A stretch of DNA of 64,000 nucleotides from Squalus acanthias. Its lineage: Eukaryota. The translations under genes were made by a program, and so were the position numbers. The notes under the pieces are model-generated. The model had not been told where the DNA came from, searched no databases, and saw nothing but the letters and a program-made list of their open reading frames with translations. How positions within the stretch are numbered: position 1 is the first letter of the stretch; every line of letters starts with the position of its first letter. The stretch spans positions 17,052,001 to 17,116,000 of the forward strand of contig CM059432.1 in assembly GCA_030390025.1 (NCBI GenBank), read 5' to 3'. Of the stretch, positions 1-12,402 are shown piece after piece.

Positions 1-3000
1 TGTCCAACAGGTTCGAGGCTCTTACTCCCTGTGAGGACGGGAGCAGGGACTGCAGGGAGGATGAGCAACCTGGCCACAGCACCGTGGAACGGGGGGCCAT
101 TCAAGTCGGGGGAGTAAAAAGAAATGTTGTAGTGGTAGGGGATAGTATCATAAGGGGGATAGATAGGGTTCTTTGCAGCCGAGAGCGAGAGTCCCGAAGG
201 TTGTGTTGCCTGCCCGGTGCCAGGGTTAAGGACATCTCCTCTGGGCTGGAGAGAAACTTGGAGTGGGAGTGGGAGGGGGAGGATCCAGTTGTCGTGGTCC
301 ATGTTGGTACCAACGACATAGATAGGACAAGGAAAGAGGTTCTGCTGAGGGAGTATGAGCAGCTAGGGGCCAAATTAAAAAGCAGAACCACAAGGGTAAT
401 AATCTCTGGATTACTACCTGAGCCACGAGCAAATTTGGCTAGGGTAAATAAAATCAGAGAGTTAAATGCGTGGCTCAAAGACTGGTGTGGGAGAAATGGG
501 TTTTGCTTCTTGGGACACTGGCACCAGTACTGGGACGGGAGAGAGCTGTTCTGTTGGGACGGACTTCACTTGGCCAGTGCTGGGACTAGAATCCTGGCGA
601 ATCGAATAACTCGGGCTGTAGAGAGGGCTTTAAACTAATTAGTGGGGGGGAGGTTTCAAGAGAGCGAAGAATAAAAATGTCAGCGGAGAAGGCAATAGAG
701 CAAATTAGCAGTGGGGAAATTAAAAACCAGAGCGTGTCAGGAAGGGACAGAATATATAAAGATAAAGGTAAAGTAGTAAAGGGGGTAAAAGCAGGAATAA
801 ATTGTCACAAAACATGTTTAAAAGTTCTTTATCTGAATGCATGCAGCATTCGTAACAAAATAGACGAGTTGACAGTACAAATAACTACACATGGGTATGA
901 TCTGGTGGCCATTACAGAAACATGGCTGCGAGGTGACCATGACTGGGAACTAAACATCCAGGGGTATTTGACTATTAGGAAGGACAGACAGGAAGGAAAG
1001 GGAGGTGGGGTGGCTATGTTAATAAAGGATGGAATCACTGCAATAGTGAGAAATGATATTGGGTCAAAGAATCAGGATGGTGAAACAGTTTGGGTAGAGA
1101 TAAGGAATAATAAGGGGAAAAAGTCACTAGTGGGCGTAGTCTATAGGCCTCCTAACAGTTGTAACTCTATTGGTCGGAGTATAAATCAGGAAATAGTTGG
1201 GGCTTGTAATAAGGGAACAGCTATAATCATGGGAGATTTTAACTTTCATATTGACTGGACAAATCAAATTGGGCAGGGCAGCCTTGAGGAAGAGTTCATA
1301 GAGTGCATTAGGGATGGGTTCCTTGAGCAGTATGTTACTGAACCAACCAGGGGCAGGCAATCTTAGATCTGGTCCTGTGTAATGAGACAGGATTAATAAA
1401 AAATGTCCTAGTAAAGGATCCCCTTGGAATGAGTGACCATAACATGGTTGAATTCCAAATTCAGTTAGAGGGTGAGAGAGTTGGATCTCAAACCAGCGTA
1501 CTAAGCTTAAATAAAGGAGACTATGAAGGTATGAGAGCAGAGTTGACTAAGGTGGACTGGGAAAATAGATTAAGGTGTAAGAAGGTACAGGCGCAGTGGT
1601 GTACATTCAAGGAGGTATTTCACAACTTTCAAGAAAAATATATTCCACTTAGGAAAAAGAGGCGTAAAAGAAAAGACAGCCATCCGTGGCTAAATAAAGT
1701 AATAAAGGATAGTATCCGACTGAAAACAAGGGCATATAAAGTAGCCAAATCTAGTGGGAGGATAGAAGATTGGGAAGCATTTAAAAGCCAGCAAAGAATA
1801 ACTAAAAGATTAATTAAGAAGGGGAAGATAGATTATGAAAGTAAACTAGCAAAAAATAAAAAACAGATAGCAAGAGTTTCTACAGTTATATAAAAAGAAA
1901 AAGGGTGGCTAAAGTGAATGTTGGTCCCTTAGAGGACGAGACCGGGAAATTAGTAGTGGGGAACACGGAGATGGCAAATACGCTGAACAAATATTTTGTA
2001 TCAGTCTTTACAGTAGAGGATACTAAAAATATCCCAACACTGGACAAACGGGGGGCTATTGGGGGGGAGGAGCTAAACACGATTAAAATCACTAAGGAGA
2101 TGGTACTCGGTAAGATAATGGGACTTAAGGTGGATAAATCCCCTGGACCTGATGGCTTACATCCTAGGGTCTTGAGAGAAGCAATGGTAGAGGTTGCGGA
2201 TGCATTGGTGGTAATTTTCCCAAACTCCCTGGATTCGGGAAAGGTCCCAGCAGATTGGAAAACTGCTAATGTAACGCCCTTATTTAAAAAGGGAGGTAGA
2301 CAAAAGGCTGGAAACTATAGACCAGTTAGCCTAACATCTGTGGTTGGTAAAAAGTTGGAGTCCATTATTAAGGAAGCAGTAACAGGACATTTGGATAAGC
2401 ATAATTTAATCGGACAGAGTCAGCAGTTTTATGAAGGGGAAATCATGCTTGACAAATTTGCTCGAATTCTTTGAAGACGTAACAAACAGGGTGGATAAAG
2501 GGGAACCAGTGGATGTGGTGTATTTGGACTTCCAAAAGGCATTTGATAAGGTGCCACACAAAAGATTACTTCACAAGATAAAAAATCACGGGATTGGGGG
2601 TAATATACTGGCATGGGTGGAAGATTGGCTATCTAACAGAAATCAGAGAGTTGGGATAAATGGTTCATTCTCAGGTTGGCAATCAGTAACTAGTGGTGTT
2701 CCGCAAGGGTCAGTGCTGGGACCCCAACTCTATACAATCTATATTAACGATTTGGAGGAGGGGACCAAGTGCAACATATCCAAGTTTGCTGACGATACAA
2801 AGATGGGAGGAAAAGCAATGAGTGAGGACATAAAAAATCTGCAAAAGGACATAGACAGGCTAAGTGAGTGGGCGGAAATTTGGAAGATGGAATATAATGT
2901 TGGAAAGTGTGAGGTTATGCACTTTGGCAGAAAAAATCAAAGAGCAAGTTATTATCTAAATGGAAAGAAACTGCAAAGTGCTACAGTACAAAGGGATCTG

Positions 3001-3713
3001 GGGGTCCTGGTGCATGAAACACAGGTTAGTATGCAGGTACAGCAGGTGATCAGGAAGGCCAATGGAATCTTGGCTTTTATTGCAAGGGGGATGGAGTATA
3101 AAAGCAGGGAAGTCTTGCTTCAGTTATAAAAGGTACTGGTGAGGCCACACCTGGAATACTGCGTACAGTTTTGGTTTCCATATTTAAGAAAAGATATACT
3201 TGCTCTCGAGGCAGTTCAGAGAAGGTTCACTCGGTTGATTCCGGAGATGAGGGGGTTGACTTATGAGGAAAGGTTGAGTAGGTTGGGCCTCTACTCATTG
3301 GAATTCAGAAGAATGAGAGGCGATCTTATCGAAACATATAAGATTGTGAGGGGGCTTGATCGGGTGGAGGCGGGGAGGATGTTTCCACTGATGGGTGAGA
3401 CTAGAATTAGGGGGCATAATCTTAGAATAAGGGGCTGCCATTTCAAAACTGAGATGAGGAGAAACTTCTTCACTCAGAGGGTAGTAAATCTATGGAATTT
3501 GCTACCTCAGAGAGCTGTGGAAGCTGCGACATTAAATAAATTTAAAACGGAGATAGACAGTTTCCTAGCTGATAAGGGAATTAAGGGTTATGGGGAGCGG
3601 GCAGGGAAATGGACGTGAGTCTAGGTTCGGATCAGCCATGATCCTATTGAATGGCGGAGCAGGCCCGAGGGGCCATATGGCCTACTCCTGCTCCTACTTC
3701 TTATGTTCTTATG
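1..3713 (+). mobile_element. CR1-clade LINE, near full length and degenerate (SGNH-esterase ORF1 at 84-638; APE endonuclease-RT ORF2 broken over 677-3618)
   Basis: ORF1 has VVVGDS...VHVGTND...DGLH (GDSL/SGNH). ORF2 pieces have [50 protein letters not shown] and the CR1 C-terminus LYSLEFRRMRGDL. Ends in a TTATGTTC-type tail. Several stops and frameshifts. Confidence 0.95.
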
Positions 3714-5961
3714 TACACAGTTACTTGCCCTGTTTACGCAGGTATTAGATGCCCGGTTTCCCTTGCTGCCCTGTTATCAGCTCACATTTTCAGAAAGGTC
3801 CTGCAAGCAGAATATAGGGAACTAGGAAATAAATTGAAAAGCAGGACCTCAAAGGTAGTAATCTCAGGATTACTCCCAGTGCCACGTGCTAGCGAGAGCA
3901 GAAATAGGAGAATAGACCAGATGAATGCGTGGCTGGAGAGATGGTGTAGGAGGGATTGATTTAAATTCCTGAGGCATTGGGACCGATTCTGGGGAAGGTG
4001 AGACCTGTACAAGCTGGACGGGTTACACCTCGGCAGAAACGGGACCAACATCCTCGCAGGGGCTTTGCTAGTGCTGTTGGGAAGGATTTAAACTAGTTTG
4101 TCACGGGGCTGGGAACCTAAGTGTAGGCCCAGAATGGAGTGAAACAAAGCTGGAAGTGCAAGTTAGAAAAGTAGTCAGCAAAACTAGTAGGGAGCAGAAA
4201 CAAAGGCCAACAGTAAAGAGGGTCAAAGTGCAGAAAAATATTAAACAGGCAAAGTTGAAGGCACTTTATCTAAATGCACGTAGCATTCGCAACAAGGTGA
4301 ATGAATTAATGGCACTAATAGAAGTAAATGGGTATGATGTAATTGCCATTACAGAGACATGGTTGCAGGGTAACCAAAGCTGGGAACTGAATGTTCCAGG
4401 GTACTCAACATTTAGGAAGGACAGACAATAAGGAAAAGGAGGTGGCGTAGCGCTGTTAATAAGGGATGAGATCGGTACGGTAGAGATAAAAGATCTTGGC
4501 TTGGCAGATCATGATGTAGAACTGGAATCAGTTTGGGTGTAGCTAAGAAACAGCAAAGGGCGGAAAACATTGGTGGGAGTTGTGTATAGGCCACCAAACA
4601 GTAGTGGTAATGTAGGGCACAGTATCAATCAAGAGATTAGACGTGCATGTAACAAGGGCAATACGGTAATCATGGGGGACTTTAATCTACATATTGACTG
4701 GGCAAATCAAATTACCACTAATGGTGTGGAGGACGAATTTTTGGAATGCATGCGAGATGGTTTCCTGGATCAATATGTGGAGGAACCAACCAGGGAACAG
4801 GCTATTCTGGATCTGGTACTGTGGAATGAGAAAGGGCTAATCAATAATCTTGTGGTAAAGGGGACTTTAGGGACAAGTGACCATAATATGATTGAATTTT
4901 ACATTAAGTTTGAGAGTGATGTAGTCCAATCTGAAACTAAAGTCTTCAATCTAAACAGAGGAAACTACAAGGGTATGAGGGACAAGTTGGCCATGGTAGA
5001 TTGGGAGACTACACTAAAAGGTATGAAGGTGGACATACAATGGCTAACATTCAAGGAAATAATGCATAATTTGCAACAAACATATATTCCTCTAGGGCAT
5101 AAAAACCCAAAAGGAAATATGATCCAACCATGGATAACAAAAGAAATTAAAGCTAGTATTAGGTCAAAGGAGGAAGCTTATAAAGTTACCAGAAAAAGCA
5201 GTCAGCCTGAGGATTGGGATCTTTTTAGAAATCAGCAAAGGGGGACCAAGAAATTGATAAAGTAAGGGAAAATGTAATATGAGCACAAACTAGCAAAAAA
5301 TATAAAAATGGATTGTAAAAGCTTCTATAGGTATGTGAAAAGGAAAAGACTGGCGAAGGTAAATGTAGGTCCTTTACAGTCAGAGACGGGAGAATATATA
5401 ATGGGGAATGAGGAAATGGCAGAGAAATTAAATACATACTTTGTTTCTGTCTTCACGGAGGAAGACACAAAAAACCTCCCAGAAATACGAGAAAACCAAG
5501 GGTGTGACGAGAATGAGGAACTTAAAGAAATTATTATTAGTAAAAAAACAGTACTAGCAAAATTAATGGGACTAAAAGTCGATAAATCCCAAGGACCGGA
5601 TGACCTACATCCGAGGGTTTTGAAAGAGGTGGCCATTGGAATAGTGGACGCATTGGTTGTCATCTTCCAAAATTCTATAGATTCTGGAACGGTTCCTGCA
5701 GATTGGAGGATAGCAAATGTAACCCCGCTATTTAAGAAAGGAGGGAGAGAGAAAACGGGGAACTACAGACCTGTTAGCCTCACATCAGTAGTTGGGAAAA
5801 TGCTGGAATCTATTATAAAGGATGCAATAACTGGGCACTTAGAAACTAATAGTAAGATTGGGCAGAGTCAACATGGATTTATGAAAGGGAAATCCTGTTT
5901 GACAAACCTGTTGGAGTTCTTTGAGGATGTAACTAGTGGAGTAGACAAAGGGGAACCGGTA

Positions 5962-6637
5962 CGATAGCAAAATACTGCGGATGCTGGAAAATTGAAACAA
6001 CAACAGAAAACGCTGGAAAAACTCAGCAGGCCAGTCAACATCCGTGGAGAGAGAAACAGAGTTAACGTTTCAGGTCGAACCCTTCGTCAGAACTGAGAAA
6101 AAAGCAGGAAATGAAACAGATAAAAAAGCAAGTAGGAGGCTGGGGGGAGGAATAAAAGAACAAAAGGGGTGGTCTATGGTAAGTGGAGACATTAAGAGAT
6201 GCTCAAGGCAAGACGAGATGGTAATAGGACAGGTTAAGAAACAAAAGGTGGCTCAGAAGTGTGAAATGCTGGCAGAATGAGAGACAGCTGCCGTGGGGGA
6301 GAGAGGAAAAAAAAGGGAAAAGGCACAAACCAAAAGGGTGGATAAAATGTGTGTATATATATGTATGTGGTAGGGGCCGAGGTTATGATCTGAAATTGTT
6401 GAACTCGATATTGAGCCTGGAAGGCTGTAAAGTGCCTAATCGGAAGATGAAGTGCCGTTCCTCGAGCTTACGCTGAGCTTCCGTGGAACAATGCAAGAGG
6501 CCGAGGACGGTGAGGTCTGAGTGGGCGTGGAGAGGTGAATTAAAATGACAAGCGACCGGAAGCTCGGGGTCACCCTTACGGACTGAACGGAGGTGTTCCG
6601 CAAAGCGGTCACCCAATCTGCGTTTGGTCTCCCCACA
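5962..6637 (-). mobile_element. Penelope-like element (PLE) 3' fragment: GIY-YIG C-terminus plus 3'UTR
   Basis: GETKRRLGDRFAEH...PVACHFN...IFRLGTLQPSRLN in ORF 6383-6661; hammerhead motif in the 3' region. Confidence 0.88.
6060..6094 (-). ncRNA. Minimal type I hammerhead ribozyme motif (PLE-associated)
   Basis: Minus strand AGUU-CUGACGA-AGGGUUCGACCU-GAAA-CG-UU-AACU: conserved CUGAnGA/GAAA core, stem I AGUU/AACU, palindromic AACGUU stem III region. Confidence 0.8.
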
Positions 6638-6787
6638 GCCCTCTAGGGTAGAGAATTCCAAAGATTCACCACCCTCTGTGTGAAGAAATTTCTTCTCATC
6701 TCAGTCCTGAATGGCCTACCCTTTATCTTGAGGCTGTGGCCCCTGGTTCTAGACTCCCCAGCCAAGGGAAACATTCTCCCAGCATCC
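6638..6787 (-). mobile_element. Short CR1 ORF2 C-terminal fragment fused to the PLE fragment
   Basis: [47 protein letters not shown] on the minus strand. Confidence 0.85.
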
Positions 6788-7422
6788 AGGGGAACCGGTA
6801 GATGTGGTGTATCTGGATTTTCAGAAGGCCTTTGATAAGGTCCCACACAAGAGGTTGGTGAACAAAATTAGGGCACATGGAATTGGGGGTAATATACTAG
6901 CATGGATTGAGAATTGGTTAACAGACAGAAAACAAAGAGTAGGGATAAATGGGTCTTTTTCAGGATGGCAGGCTGTGACTAGTGGGGTACCGCAAGGATT
7001 GGTGCTTGGGCCCCAGCTATTTACAATCTATATCAATGATTTGGATGAGGGGACTTAATGTAACATTTCCAAATTTGCTGATGATATAAAGCTAGGTGGC
7101 AGTGTCAGTTGCGAAGAGGATGTGAAGAGGCTTCAAGGGGATCTCGACAGGCTCAGTGAGTGGGCAAGAGCATGGCAGATGGAATATAATGTGGATAAAT
7201 GTGAAGTTATCCACTTTGGTAGAAAAAACAGAAAGGCAGAGTATTTCCTAAATGGTGAAAGATTGGCGAATACAGATGCTCAGAGGGACCTGGGTGTCCT
7301 TGTACATGAGTCACTGAAAGTGAATGTGCAGGTGCAGCAAGCCATCAGGAAGGCAAATGGTATGCTGGCCTTCATTACAAGAGGATTTGAGTACAGGAGT
7401 AAAGAAGTCTTACTCCAATTAT

Positions 7423-7531
7423 ATAGCGGAGATGCCGGTGTTGGACTGGGGTGGACAAAAGTGAGAAGTCGCACAACACCAGGTTATAGTCCAACAGTTT
7501 TATTTGAAATCACAAGCTTTCGGAGCTGCTG
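7423..7531 (-). mobile_element. 3' terminus of a second Penelope-like element (continues at 22229-22909), split by the Tx1 insertion
   Basis: 7474-7531 is identical to 22229-22286, where the sequence continues into a hammerhead motif and GIY-YIG coding remnants. Confidence 0.85.
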
Positions 7532-8211
7532 ACTGAGGAGCAGCAGCATCAGAGTGGTGGTCTCTGTGACCAGGAAGAGGAGAAGGAGAAGGAGACCAGA
7601 CAGCAGACCACCACCAACAACCAACAACCACAACTGAGGTGCCTGGAGAGAGAGGACAGGAGAGGAGAGGAGAAAGAAAGGAAGGCCAAGGCCATCAACA
7701 ACAGAGGAGAGGCCTTTCCAATACTGCCTCCTCAATTGGCCTCCATTTTAGGAGAGGGAGAGAGGGGAGAAAACAACACAACATCCATCATCTGTTTGGA
7801 AGGAGGAAGGAAGGAAAGAACAGCTACAGGTGGGTGTGATTCTGGGGCACTCTCCCAGAGACTTTGTTTTGTAGGTGGGGGGAGGAAAGAAGAAAAAGAA
7901 GAAGGCCGGAACATCCAAGGGGTGAATCTTTTATTCAAACCAATAATACAAATTACATAGTAAAACCATTACATTCATCCATCAAAATACAGTACAAATA
8001 CCCCCAAACAATACCACACTTTTTTTTAATATTAAAATAATACATCTCACTTAACTCCACATAAAACAACCCATTTCAACACCACAGTGTACAAACACAT
8101 AGCACCATCACAATCCAACTAAATGCCACATATAACATCCACTCCAATAACCCAAGAAACCTGTTCCGCGCCAGTCCCACTGGCACCACCCACCCGACCA
8201 TCCACTCAATT

Positions 8212-8450
8212 GTTCTCCGTGCTGGGCCTCCCGCCCAGGCCACTCTCCTCTGGGTCTTCCACCTTGGGCCTTCTGCACCGGACCCTCCGCACCGGCATTC
8301 CCCACGAGCACCCGGGGTGAAGCAACCGCATCTCCCGACTCCACCTCTGCCGACCAGCCGCCCCGCCCTGGGCCCCCCGCCTGGGGTTCTCCGTGCTGGG
8401 CCTCCCGCCCAGGCCACTCTCCTCCGGGTCTTCCACCTTGGGCCTTCTGC
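8212..8450. repeat. 65-bp direct repeat pair in the inner Tx1 3'UTR (8212-8276 and 8386-8450, one mismatch)
   Basis: GTTCTCCGTGCTGGGCCTCCCGCCCAGGCCACTCTCCTCYGGGTCTTCCACCTTGGGCCTTCTGC occurs twice. Confidence 0.9.
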
Positions 8451-8472
8451 GAAGCGGACAACTTGGAGTGCA

Positions 8473-11400
8473 TTAAATTAAAATAACATTTCCCGGGGAA
8501 ACGATGCACTCCAGTCCCTGCGGCGCCCACCGGTCTCGGAAGGCTTCAAGTGTGCCGGCGGACACCGCATGCTCCATCTCCAGGGCCACCCGGGCGCGAA
8601 CATAGCCGCGGAAGAGAGGCAGGCAATTGGGCCGAACGACCCCCTCGACCGCCCGCTGCCTGGACCTGTTAATGGCCACTTTGGCCAGGCCCAGGAGCAG
8701 TCCTACGAGGAGGTCCTCCGACTTGCTCTCTCCCCTCCGCACCGGGTGACCGTAGATCAGGAGCGTGGGACTGAAGTGCAACCAAAAAGCGAGGAGCAGC
8801 CCCTTCAAATATTCAAAGAGGGGCTGCAACCTCTCACATTCCACATAAACGTGGAACACGGACTCCTCGAGGCCGCAAAAAAGACAGGCGGCCTGGGAGT
8901 CCGTGAACCTACTTAAAAACCGATTGCACGGGACTGCTCCGTGCAACACCCTCCAGGCCATGTCCCCAATAGAAAAGGGGAGTACTCCCACATAGAGAGC
9001 CCTCCATTGGGGACCTTCGCCTCCGCCGGACGGCAAGATGGCACGCCAAGGCGTGTCCGGACGGCAGGCGAAGATGACAAAGTGGAAAGTGTGCAGGAGC
9101 AGCCCGTACAGGAAACCCCTCCGTGCAGAACTGAAGGGCACAGAGGGCATTTCCCCGAGACGGCTCAAGTTGTGAGGCGCCGGTTCCCGAGAGGGGTTTC
9201 GGGGCCGTGCGCCGATGAGGAATTCCGTCCGAACGGAGGTCAGTTCGGACGGGATCGCCCCACGTACTTGAGCCTCCTCGATACACCTATGGAGTCCGGG
9301 CCCAGTGCCACTTTCAGCAACTCGATGGCTTTGGCCGCGCGCCAGACGTCTGCCCAGGAGAGGCGCCGCGCCAACTCCTCTGGCGCCATCCAGCCCGCTC
9401 CTCCGCCATCGAGCAGGTCCCTGACTCTGGTCACCTTGCCTGGCACAGCCCTGCCCTCTGCCAGCCAGCCGATCCGTCGGACGTGGAGGTGCGGATTCCT
9501 GAACAGCGGCTCCCGAAGGAGAGCCGCCACTCCTGACGGGGGAGAACTCCGCCTGGAGGCGACCTGGTTCCAGACCCATAGCAGTTCCTGGTAAAAGACA
9601 GGCAGCTCCCACAGGTAGGCTCGCGTGCGGCCCAATTCCACAAACAGGAGCTGCGTGTCGTAGTTGAGGCCGTGCATCTGGCGGAAGAAATACGTCGCCA
9701 GCGCACACCATCTGGGAGGATTCTCGACGTAAAGGTACCTCTGCAGCGTCTGAAGACGGAAAGTCGCCGCCTGGGTGCGAAGGCACACCAGCGCCTGACC
9801 GCCCTCCCTAAGCGGGAGACACAGAACCGCGGCAGAGACCCAGTGCTTCCTTTTGTCCCAGAAGAAGTCGATGAGCATCTTCTGTATCTTGGCGACAAAC
9901 GCAGGGGGAGGGATCAAAGTGACCAACCGGTACCACAACATGGCGGCCACCAGCTGGTTTATGACCAGCGCTCGACCCCTGTAGGACAACACTCGGAGCA
10001 ACCCCGTCCAGCGTCCTAGGCGAGCGGTGACCTTGGCCTCCAGCTCTTGCCAGTTCGCCGGCCAGGTGTCCTCGGCAGGGCTGAGGTAGACTCCCAAGTA
10101 GAGGAGGTGTGTTGTGCTCCAGGCGAAGGGCCTGAACTCCTCCGGCAGGGAGTCCACCTGCCACTGGCCCACCAGGAGTCCAGAACATTTCTCCCAGTTG
10201 ATCCTGGCGGAGGATGCGTCCGAGTAAATCTGCTGGCATTCTCGCATCCTCCGCAGGTCGACGGGATCCGTGACCATGAGGAGCACGTCATCGGCGTAAG
10301 CCGAGAGGACGACCTCCATGCCCGGCCCTTGCAGAGCCAGTCCCGTCAACCTCTTCCGCAAGAGGCGCAGGAAAGGCTCCACGCAAACGGCATATAACTG
10401 ACCGGACATGGGTCATCCCTGACGCACCCACCTCCCGAAGCGAAGGGGCGCCGTCAAAGACCCGTTAACTTTAATCAGACACTCCGCGGCGGCGTACAGA
10501 AGTCGGATCCGGGCGACGAAATGCGTCCCGAACCCGAATGCGCGCAGAGTCCCGAAGAGATACTCGTGATCCACCCTGTCGAACGCCTTCTCCTGATCCA
10601 GGGAAAGGAAGGCGACCGACAGACCAGTCCTCTGGGAAAGGTGGACCAGGTCCCGGACCAGATGGATGTTGTCGTGGATTGTCCGGCCCGGGACCGTGTA
10701 GGACTGGTCGGGGTGGATCATGTGGGCCAGCACGGTGCCGAGGCGGGCAGACATGGCCCTGGCAAAAATTTTATAGTCCGTGCTGAGGAGGGAGACCGGG
10801 CGCCAGTTTTTAAAAAGGCGGAGATCACCCCTCTTGGGCAGCAGGACGATAACCGCCCTGCGCCAAGAGAGGGGCATCTCCCCGGTCGCCAGACTTTCCC
10901 CCAGGACCCGCGCGTAGTCGCCCCCCAAGACGTCCCAGAACGCCCTGTGGAACTCCACGGTCAGCCCGTCCAGCCCCGGGGACTTTCCCCTCGAGAGCTG
11001 GCGCAGGGCGCCGGTCAGCTCCGCCAAACTTAGCGGAGCGTCCAATTCTTCGGCGCCCTCCGGGCCGACCTTCGGCAGGTCCTCCCACAAAACTCTGCGC
11101 GCATCCTCGCTGGACGGATCCGGAGAGAACAGAGCCCCGTAATAGGCCCGGGTCCCCGCGCTGATCCCCTCCGGATCCGAGACCAGAGATCCGTCGTCGG
11201 CCAGCAGCCCCAAGAGCTGCTTACGGACCCCTCGTCTTTTTTCCAGCGAGTAGAAGAAGGGGGAGCCGCGGTCCAGGTCCCGCAGGAACTGGATTCGCGA
11301 CCTCACGTACGCGCCTCGGGACCCGACCAGCTGCAGGTCCTTCAGCGCGCCCTTCTTCTCTTCGTACACCTTCCGCAGGGCCGGGTCTTCGACGACTTGA

Positions 11401-12371
11401 CCGAGACGGGACTCCAGGTCGAGCACTTCTTTCTCCAATCGCCCGACCCGGGCCTCCCGCCTCTTGGTCGACCCCTTCGCGTACTCCTGACAGAAGAGAC
11501 GGACGTGAGCCTTGCCCACGTCCCACCATAGCCTCAAGGAGGGGAAGCCCCCCTGCTTCCTTCTCCAGTCGGCCCAGAACCGGCGAAACGAATCCCGGAA
11601 CCGCACGTCCTCCAGCAGCAGGTTGTTAAAATGCCAGTACGCGGACCCCCCCGGCGCGTGCAACGGAGCGAGCTCCGCCCACACCAGGTGGTGGTCCGTG
11701 CACGGCACCGGCCGCATGGAAGCCGCCGGAACGCAGGAGACGTACGCCCGGGAAATATAAAGGCGGTCGATTCTGGACCTTCCTCCTCCAGACCCCACCC
11801 AAGTGAAGGCGCTGGAGTCGGGATGGAGATTTCGCCAGACGTCCACCAAGTCGAAGGACCCGACCAGGTCCCTCAACTTCACCGTCGCCGTCAGGCTTCG
11901 CGAAGGGCCCGAACGGTCCCTCGCCTCGAGGGTACAATTAAAATCCCCCCCGAGGATGATGCACTCGCCGACGTCGACGGTGCCCAGAAGAGCGGACACT
12001 TCATCGAAGAAGCGCACTTGCTGCGCACCGGGCTGGGGGGCATACACGTTCACTAAATGGAGCGGCACGCCCCCCAGACGAACAGTGACCTGGAGCAAGC
12101 GGCCCGGCACATGCTCCTTGACCCCCAAGATCTCCGGCTGAAAATGCGGGGCCAGCAAGATAGCCACCCCACCGGAAACGTTGGAGAGGTGACTCATGCT
12201 GACCCCTCCTCGCCACTCCAGGAGCCACGTGGCCTCGTCTCCCGGAACGGTGTGAGTTTCCTGCAGGAAGCACACCGCATGCCTCCCTTCCCGAAGGACC
12301 GAGAAGTTATTAAATCTACGGCGTGCCTCTCTGCTGCCGTTGATGTTGAGGCTGGCTATGGTTATCTTCAT
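8473..12371 (-). pseudogene. Inner Tx1 ORF2 (APE-RT-CCHC), disrupted
   Basis: Highly similar to 18262-22161. TGC>TGA nonsense at 10413-10415 (RQG*PMS) and a 1-nt deletion near 9289 that shifts the C-terminus into ORF 8473-9786. Confidence 0.9.
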
Positions 12372-12402
12372 GACAAGAGCATAGTGCAACCTCTACCTTA
12401 CT

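Larger units (their letters stand above)
3793..7422 (+). mobile_element. Second CR1 LINE (ORF1 3' part plus ORF2, 3'-truncated), interrupted at 5962-6787
   Basis: ORFs 4156-4431, 4570-5265, 5308-5967, 6804-7058 and part of 7122-7532 match CR1 EN/RT. The RT resumes after a 13-bp duplication AGGGGAACCGGTA. Confidence 0.93.
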
